A stretch of DNA of 5,927 nucleotides from Raphidiopsis brookii D9. Lineage in GTDB: Bacteria > Cyanobacteriota > Cyanobacteriia > Cyanobacteriales > Nostocaceae. Positions within the stretch are counted from its first letter, which is position 1, and every line of letters begins with the position of its first letter. A model generated the notes under the pieces. The model had not been told where the DNA came from. It worked only from the letters and a program-made list of their open reading frames with translations, and did no database searches. Location of the stretch: assembly GCA_000175855.1 (NCBI GenBank), contig ACYB01000028.1:1-5927 (forward strand). Direction: 5' to 3'. Shown here in pieces: positions 1 through 4,474 of the stretch. A program made the translations under genes and the position numbers.

Positions 1-778
1 CCGGTGGTAGTTTATCAACTAAACCTATTAGTAATTCGGTGCGATACTTTTCATCCTGAATTTGTCTAGCAATAGAGAGAGCTTCTGGTAATACTGAGGG
101 CAGTTTATCAGCTAAATCTATTAGTGCATAAGTGCGCCTGTATTCATCCTGAATTTGCCTGGCACTAGAAAGCGCCTCTGAAAGCACTGATTCTTGCAGA
201 TCATTTGGTAAATAGTCAACTAAACTTGTAAGTAAATGCGCTTTTACTGTGAGATCTGAGCTTTGTAAAATATGAGAAAGCGTTTGTTCAGGTGTCCAAA
301 TATTTTCTCTCACTAGGGCAATTAGTAATTTTGCCGGTAAGTTCGCTACTAGGCTATTCATGGATGTAATAATTAGGGCATAGCGACATTGCCATCCCAC
401 AACTTCACTGGGGTTGGTTTTATTCCAGGACTCTTCTGCTAATCCCCATGCCCGACGTACATCATTGATAAAGATAGCTATTTTTCCTGTCCGATTACAA
501 GTTTCATACCAACCGTTGTTTCCATCTGGGGTTTCCTCTTGTAATAGTTTATGTATGTCTGTATTTTGGTTGCCTTTTTGAAAATGCCAGGTTAAATGGG
601 CATTGATATACCCATCTTCGGGTAATGTGTGCCATTTTCCTGAATCGATTTTTTCTTCGTACCGCTTTAATAATTCTCTATGAGCATCTATTATGTTTAA
701 TCCTAATCCTGGCAGTTTTTCTGGTTGTTTAGGATTTTCTCTGCTGTAATTAATTTTGTTGCTAGGTCGTGTAAAAGG
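1..778 (-). CDS. 3' continuation of the same STAND gene in the -1 frame. It is partial, runs off the left edge, and is not in the supplied ORF track. It comprises an Apaf-1 HD2-like helical region followed by HEAT/ARM-like repeats.
   Basis: This is my own minus-strand translation (codon 700..698 = L, last full codon 4..2 = P). There are 259 stop-free codons from the TGA at 781..779 to the window edge: PFTRPSNKINYSRENPKQPEKLPGLGLNIIDAHRELLKRYEEKIDSGKWHTLPEDGYINAHLTWHFQKGNQNTDIHKLLQEETPDGNNGWYETCNRTGKIAIFINDVRRAWGLAEESWNKTNPSEVVGWQCRYALIITSMNSLVANLPAKLLIALVRENIWTPEQTLSHILQSSDLTVKAHLLTSLVDYLPNDLQESVLSEALSSARQIQDEYRRTYALIDLADKLPSVLPEALSIARQIQDEKYRTELLIGLVDKLPP. The first 126 codons contain no ATG, GTG or TTG (first GTG 400..398, first ATG 361..359). 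The region therefore cannot be an independent gene over its clearly coding-looking 5' part. Confidence 0.75.
2..340 (-). repeat. In-frame coding repeats of the STAND C-terminus (HEAT/ARM-like units starting with LP). Unit lengths are 43, 36 and 31 aa, and the array continues beyond the window.
   Basis: Units: LPAKLLIALVRENIWTPEQTLSHILQSSDLTVKAHLLTSLVDY (340..212); LPNDLQESVLSEALSSARQIQDEYRRTYALIDLADK (211..104); LPSVLPEALSIARQIQDEKYRTELLIGLVDK (103..11); LPP... (10..2). An identical 15-nt core ttcatcctgaatttg occurs at 50-64 and 143-157 (93-nt period). Flanking similarity tttatca[a/g]ctaaa[c/t]ctattag occurs at 11-33 and 104-126. Confidence 0.7.
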
Positions 779-2280
779 TCATGTATTCTGTAGGTTGGTT
801 TCTCCTTAAATTCAATTTTTCCCCTTTGTAATAATGACTTAGATGCAATTCTCCTTAATATCCGATAGGCTTTTTCAGGATTAACTCCCCACAGTGTTGC
901 TGCCATTTTATGGGTAATCACTACGTCTTCCGGTAAAATTCCAAACCAAATAAATTGTTTTAATTCTTCTTGTGTTAAGGATTTTAAGCTGAGGTTAAAA
1001 CAGGCTTCTAGGGAATATTTTTTACGTTTCTCCTCATTAGAAGTAGAATTTTCTATATCTAGGTACTCTAGTCTAGCGATTTCCTCTGTTAGATAGTCTA
1101 ATAATTCTTGCCAGGTACTGTCATTAGCAATTTGACAGGCTACTAATTCTAATGCTAAAGGTAGGTAGCCAACTTTTTTCGCTAATTGTTTAGCCAGATC
1201 TTGTTCTGATGGTTTTAGATCTGTTTGCAGGTGACTTTTGAGAAGTTCTAGGGATTCGCTTTCTGTCATTACACCTAGTTCATATCGATTTGCACCGGAG
1301 ATAAAGACTTGTCTTGTTGTTACTATTACTCGACAATTGTTACCACCCACCTGAAAATATTCAACGTGTTCTGACTCCCAAGCATCATCGACTACTATCA
1401 AGATTTTTTTGTTGTTAAGTAATGTTTGTAAATGCCTTTTAGCATCTTCTTCTTTTAGCGGTTTATAATTATAATCTCCTAATTCTTGAATCCAACTGTT
1501 TAATAATTGCAGACAGTCTGGTTCCTTACCCAAGGTTGCCCACAGGATTCCATCGCTAAAATATGTTTTTACATCCTCCTCATGAGCTATAGCAGCAGCT
1601 AAAGTTGATTTTCCAATACCTCCTAGTCCGAAAATACTGGTAATTAGTAAGGTTCCTTCTTCACTATGTTGGTTGAGTAATTTTTCTTTTAATTTTTCAT
1701 GGTGTATTGAACGTTTTACACAAAAACGCGGTAGGGAAGGTACTTGGTAGGGTTTTTTCAGGGTAATTCCATTATCTGGCTTCTTTTTTAAATTTGTACT
1801 TCTTTCTCCACATAGAGATGCAAAAGCAGCAGTTAAAACAGTAAAGCAAAGTTTTGCTGTATGCTTATCTGGTTTAAAGTTATGCTTTAGTTGTTCGTAT
1901 GGATGAATATAATTTCTAAAATCTCGTAAAGTGTGGCTATGTTTTTGAACATCAAGATCTATTAACCCTATGTCGAAAGCAACATCAATGAATTCGGCAA
2001 GAATCCAGTGTTGAAATCTCTTGACCTTAACTTTATCTTTATCTTTTGGTGCTTTGTTACATTTATTAAAAATTTCCGGATTTTCTTCCGCTGCTCCCCG
2101 CAAAACCCCTTCGAGTAAACTGCCACAAAGAAAAACTACGGATAAATAGCATTCTGAATCAAATACCTTTTTAGCTTCTATCCATCTATACTTTAGAAGC
2201 TCGAGTACAGACTCACTTACTGGAAGCTGATTCCAGCTCCAGTCGGTTTTTTCTGGAAATAATTCAGATTCGTTATTCAC
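703..2280 (-). CDS. NB-ARC / AP-ATPase-type STAND NTPase with an N-terminal HEPN-like all-alpha domain. This is the 5' portion of a gene whose reading frame breaks within 703-778.
   Basis: Based on the 525-aa ORF-track product. Motifs read directly, in canonical NB-ARC order: Walker A GLGGIGKST (aa 218-226, nt 1603-1629); Walker B/kinase-2 ILIVVDDAW (aa 293-301, nt 1378-1404); RNBS-B/sensor-1-like RVIVTTR (aa 317-323); GLPL-type GYLPLAL (aa 371-377); MHD-equivalent IHD within YRIHDLLHDLA (aa 497-507). The start is GTG at 2280. The only AAGGAG (2301..2296) lies 15 nt upstream, which is long spacing, so the exact start is uncertain. There is no in-frame ATG before aa 338. Confidence 0.88.
   Translation of the reverse strand: MNNESELFPEKTDWSWNQLPVSESVLELLKYRWIEAKKVFDSECYLSVVFLCGSLLEGVLRGAAEENPEIFNKCNKAPKDKDKVKVKRFQHWILAEFIDVAFDIGLIDLDVQKHSHTLRDFRNYIHPYEQLKHNFKPDKHTAKLCFTVLTAAFASLCGERSTNLKKKPDNGITLKKPYQVPSLPRFCVKRSIHHEKLKEKLLNQHSEEGTLLITSIFGLGGIGKSTLAAAIAHEEDVKTYFSDGILWATLGKEPDCLQLLNSWIQELGDYNYKPLKEEDAKRHLQTLLNNKKILIVVDDAWESEHVEYFQVGGNNCRVIVTTRQVFISGANRYELGVMTESESLELLKSHLQTDLKPSEQDLAKQLAKKVGYLPLALELVACQIANDSTWQELLDYLTEEIARLEYLDIENSTSNEEKRKKYSLEACFNLSLKSLTQEELKQFIWFGILPEDVVITHKMAATLWGVNPEKAYRILRRIASKSLLQRGKIEFKEKPTYRIHDLLHDLATKLITAEKILNNQKNCQD
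1807..2223 (-). other. N-terminal putative effector domain (aa ~20-158) of the STAND protein; candidate HEPN-like helical domain
   Basis: The segments have helix-like hydrophobic periodicity: SVLELLKYRWIEAKKVF / CYLSVVFLCGSLLEGVLRGAAEE / Lys-rich insert NKCNKAPKDKDKVKVKRF / ILAEFIDVAFDIGLIDLDVQKHSHTLRDFRNYIHP / DKHTAKLCFTVLTAAFASL. R119-x6-H126 (RDFRNYIH, nt 1903-1926) fits the HEPN Rx4-6H rule. The inner RNYIH is only Rx3H. I recognised no named family. Confidence 0.4.
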
Positions 2281-2490
2281 TGTATTGGAAGTTAACTCCT
2301 TAATTTGTATTTGTTTATCATCTACACTACTCTAAGTATACTCGGGATAACTTTTTCTTGTGTTGATTTTGCTTTATCCCCATTAACAACTAACATGACG
2401 CACCAGAGAATTTTTATAAGTATAAATTATGTGTGTTGTTATTTTTAGTAATTAAATCTGTTCTTGATTAAGAGCGTAAAATTAGGAAAA

Positions 2491-2498
2491 GCGATCGC
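2491..2498. repeat. HIP1 palindrome GCGATCGC (cyanobacterial highly iterated palindrome)
   Basis: Exact 8-mer read in the sequence, in intergenic DNA. Confidence 0.9.
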
Positions 2499-2608
2499 AC
2501 GTAATCAAGAAAACGGGGCAAAACTCAGCAATAGGATAAAGTATGTTTTCCTACATTTTGTGTATAATCTGAGTTATGGTGGCTCTATAACAATAAAAAT
2601 AACTAAAG

Positions 2609-2674
2609 GTCAACTAATCCCACTATCTTTTAGTCAAGTTTCGTCAAGACAATTCTGTCCGTGGGATTGTTGAC
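2609..2674. promoter_or_regulatory. Interrupted inverted repeat (potential RNA hairpin or protein-binding site) in the divergent intergenic region
   Basis: Arm gtcaactaatcccac (2609-2623) pairs with arm gtgggattgttgac (2661-2674), giving 14 bp with one bulged T and a 37-nt loop. The loop contains gtcaag twice (2633-2638, 2643-2648). ccgtggg[a/t]tt is repeated at 2659-2668 and 2689-2698. Function unknown. Confidence 0.35.
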
Positions 2675-2926
2675 TTGAAAGTTTACTACCGTGGGTTTCG
2701 ATATGTCCGGTAAATGTTAAAAATGCTTCCGGAACAAACTGAAGATCTACCCTAGGATAGATGTGGAGATAACTTTTGATGTATTAAAGTGCTTTTGTTT
2801 ACATTTCATGTAAGGGTTTTGTGGAAGACTATAAATTTCTTCCACCAGCTAAAAATCACGAATCCCCTGACTCTTGTAGCTGTAGCTCAAGAGTACCAAG
2901 AAACAACATGTATTACCATTAAAAAA

Positions 2927-2931
2927 AAGGA
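2927..2931 (+). promoter_or_regulatory. Shine-Dalgarno-like AAGGA for the 2941 GTG start
   Basis: AAGGA lies 9 nt upstream of the GTG at 2941. The nearby ATG at 2934 runs into a stop after 3 codons. Confidence 0.5.
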
Positions 2932-2940
2932 AATGTTATT

Positions 2941-3471
2941 GTGAGAGTCTTGTTCATTTCTACCTTCCTTCTTTCCATAGGGATATTTAATCCAGCACTT
3001 GGTGGTTATAATTATGAGTTTGAGTATGATAGATTTAGTGATTCCAAGAAAGCTACTTTCCAGGCAAATATTGGCAGCGAGTGTAAATTACTTGTTTCTA
3101 AAAAGGGAGAACTGAGATATTGTAGTTTTTCTTACGAGGATCCAAATGAAGGAGGAGTTTACCCAGTGATAGCTGTAGGTACAAGCTCAGATGATTGGGA
3201 TATTACCGACAACGGAAAATCAACATTTTTAGATGATATAAATACCATAATTACCTATAATGATAACACAACATCCAGAGTAAAATTGAAGGCTTCGACC
3301 CTAGGAAAGGAGATAACTCAGTATAACATTTTTGCCGAGGTCGTCATGGTTCATCTTGGTCAAATTTTAGATGAGTTAACTAACATTAAGCAAATCGAAT
3401 TTAAATATGGTTCAAATGAGTATCTATTCATTATTGACCAAAAATTAACTAAAAAAGACACTGAACTTTGA
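2941..3471 (+). CDS. Hypothetical exported protein, 176 aa, with an N-terminal signal peptide
   Basis: The N-terminus MRVLFISTFLLSIGIFNPALG-GY has a positive residue, a hydrophobic core and an A-x-G signal-peptidase-I-like site. There is no lipobox Cys. An SD sits at suitable spacing. The mature part has two Cys (C48, C61) and looks beta-rich. I recognised no family. Confidence 0.65.
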   Translation: MRVLFISTFLLSIGIFNPALGGYNYEFEYDRFSDSKKATFQANIGSECKLLVSKKGELRYCSFSYEDPNEGGVYPVIAVGTSSDDWDITDNGKSTFLDDINTIITYNDNTTSRVKLKASTLGKEITQYNIFAEVVMVHLGQILDELTNIKQIEFKYGSNEYLFIIDQKLTKKDTEL

Positions 3472-3709
3472 AAAGTAGATTTTCCTTCTTATATTAGTGA
3501 GCTAGTGAGCCGAAATTATGTGTCAATTTCTCATCAATGCTTTTGAACTTGATGATTTCAAGTGTTATGGAATCCGGTTCTCCTAGTGAGTAGGTAAAAA
3601 AGTTGGAGATGCAGGGTTTACAGCTATTTTCATGTATTTAAACTACGAAATGAGGTAAACTATAATAAGAGTGATAAACTAAAATAGACTAAAAATATTG
3701 TTAAATTAT

Positions 3710-3988
3710 ATGCCAAAACCTTATTCAGTAGATTTGCGTAATCGTGTAATTGTAGCATGGGCGGCTCAAGAGGGATCTCAACGCCAGTTGGCAGACAGAT
3801 TTAAGGTTAGCTTGTCATTTGTGAGAAATTTAGTACGTCGTTATCGTGAAACTGGTCAGGTTGAGCCAAAGCAATGTGGAGGATACGAAAAGCCTATAAT
3901 TGAAGGACAATATTTAAACATGATCAAGGCTTGGATCGATGAGAAAAATGATTTACTACTTTCAGAATTATGCGATCGCCTTTCTTAA
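3710..3988 (+). pseudogene. IS630-family (IS895-like) transposase, N-terminal helix-turn-helix portion only, ending at an in-frame TAA
   Basis: MPKPYSVDLRNRVIVAWAAQEGSQRQLADRFKVSLSFVRNLVRRYRETGQVEPKQCGGYEKPII... matches the MPxPYSxDLRxxVI...FxVSxxxVxxxxxRxxxTGxxxPK..GG pattern that I recall for cyanobacterial IS630/IS895 transposase N-termini. The likely true start is the ATG at 3710; the ORF-track TTG at 3698 adds 4 codons. The 93-aa product lacks any catalytic domain. Confidence 0.85.
3972..3979. repeat. HIP1 palindrome GCGATCGC
   Basis: Exact 8-mer inside the transposase fragment (it encodes CDR). Confidence 0.9.
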
Positions 3989-4010
3989 TTTCCTGGATCA
4001 GTATCCTTGA

Positions 4011-4385
4011 GCATTAGATAGTCTTTATCTTGATATCTTTGACCATGACCAGAAAAAAAGAACCACAGATTGTCTCCTGATAGAATTTATCGAAACTGAA
4101 GAAAGTTATACCTCTAAAAGTTCTTTTTTGGATAATGATATCCTACCTTCACTCGGCGAAAAACCTGAGGGGTGGGAACCATCTGGAAACCGTAGTGGTA
4201 GACTTTTCAAATCTGCTGCGATCGCTCTATGGAAAAGGGTTTTTAAAAAGTCATTTTGCAATTTACCACTGACTTTGAAAACGCCCTGGTTGAGATGGTG
4301 GGATAATCGAGGCAATTTGCTGTTGACGGGGAATGAGCGTGCTGAAGATGAGTGTCGGGGTTTTTACCATCCCCATCATAGATAG
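4011..4385 (+). pseudogene. Degenerate, truncated DDE-domain remnant of the same IS630-family transposase, in a different frame
   Basis: The frame is open for 125 codons from 4011 and includes ORF-track 4128..4385: ALDSLYLDIFDHDQKKRTTDCLLIEFIETEESYTSKSSFLDNDILPSLGEKPEGWEPSGNRSG...LPLTLKTPWLRWWDNRGN.... The spacing of KK, EF, FLD(E) (first catalytic D), W-x-P-x-G-x-R and a later DN (second catalytic D) follows the IS630/IS895 layout as I recall it (..RKKKT..EF..LVFLDETG....G.R....VVMDN..H). The region between the two D motifs is shortened. The C-terminal third, which would hold the last catalytic residue, is missing. Confidence 0.5.
4218..4225. repeat. HIP1 palindrome GCGATCGC
   Basis: Exact 8-mer inside the transposase remnant. 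Confidence 0.9.
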
Positions 4386-4452
4386 GATATTCATCAGCGT
4401 GCGATCACAATTTCCACCCATTCCTCCTTATATCGATTACAAGTTGTTAAAT

Positions 4453-4460
4453 GCGATCGC
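4453..4460. repeat. HIP1 palindrome GCGATCGC
   Basis: Exact 8-mer 15 nt beyond the TerD stop codon. A near-copy, GCGATCAC, lies at 4401-4408. Confidence 0.9.
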
Positions 4461-4474
4461 ACAGTTTTGGCTTG

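Larger units (their letters stand above)
3710..4385 (+). mobile_element. Decayed IS630-family insertion sequence remnant. The element ends and inverted repeats are not defined.
   Basis: This combines the two transposase fragments above, separated by TAA (3986-3988), TAG, TGA and a frame change. About 225 codons remain, against the roughly 340 I recall for intact family members. Confidence 0.6.

Noticed and set aside
715-723. Programmed -1 ribosomal frameshift at G AAA AAC joining the two STAND frames
   Set aside because: The direction is right for a -1 shift and an A-run is present. However, the heptamer is not a canonical X XXY YYZ, because G precedes AAA. I found no downstream GC-rich stem or pseudoknot; the following sequence is tgccaggattaggattaaacataat. 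An indel or sequencing error at the homopolymer is the simpler explanation.
2344-2379. 7-bp inverted repeat gggataa...ttatccc upstream of the STAND gene, with a possible -10 TATACT (2340..2335, minus strand)
   Set aside because: The stem is short with a 22-nt loop. The -10 has no matching -35 at 17 nt (ACACAA). Promoter assignment would be guesswork without transcript mapping.
2464-2673. ORF-track 69-aa ORF (+), MIKSVKLGKAIARNQ...
   Set aside because: It has a TTG start with no Shine-Dalgarno and an AT-rich, low-complexity product with no recognisable motif. It spans a HIP1 site and ends inside the inverted-repeat arm. It is most likely a chance ORF in intergenic DNA.
2745-2762. 18-nt near-palindrome ATCTACCCTAGGATAGAT upstream of the exported-protein gene
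   Set aside because: It has 8 of 9 paired positions. By my rough estimate about one such palindrome is expected by chance in a window of this size and composition, and there is no supporting context.
3518-3586. 22-codon ORF MCQFLINAFELDDFKCYGIRFS between the exported-protein gene and the IS relic
   Set aside because: It is too short, has no SD and has no recognisable motif.
3583-4155. Possible terminal inverted repeats of the IS: ctAGTGAgTAGGtAAAAAAGtt (3583-3604) versus the reverse complement of cttttttggataatgatatcctaccttcactcg (4123-4155)
   Set aside because: The right arm needs a 12-nt insertion to align, and it lies inside the reading frame that encodes the FLD...WxPxGxR transposase motif. 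It is therefore probably coincidental A-run similarity. The true element ends remain undefined.
4106-4315. ORF-track 69-aa ORF (-), MPRLSHHLNQGVFKV...
   Set aside because: It lies antisense to the frame that carries the IS630 DDE landmarks (FLD, WxPxGxR, DN). It has no SD and no family resemblance.
4263-4421. 52-codon minus-strand ORF (MGGNCDRTLMNILSMMGMVKTPTL...) directly after an AAGGAGG
   Set aside because: The SD-like purine run sits only 1 nt from the ATG and is better explained as the duplicated TerD YKEEW codons. The ORF overlaps the transposase relic and has no recognisable features.
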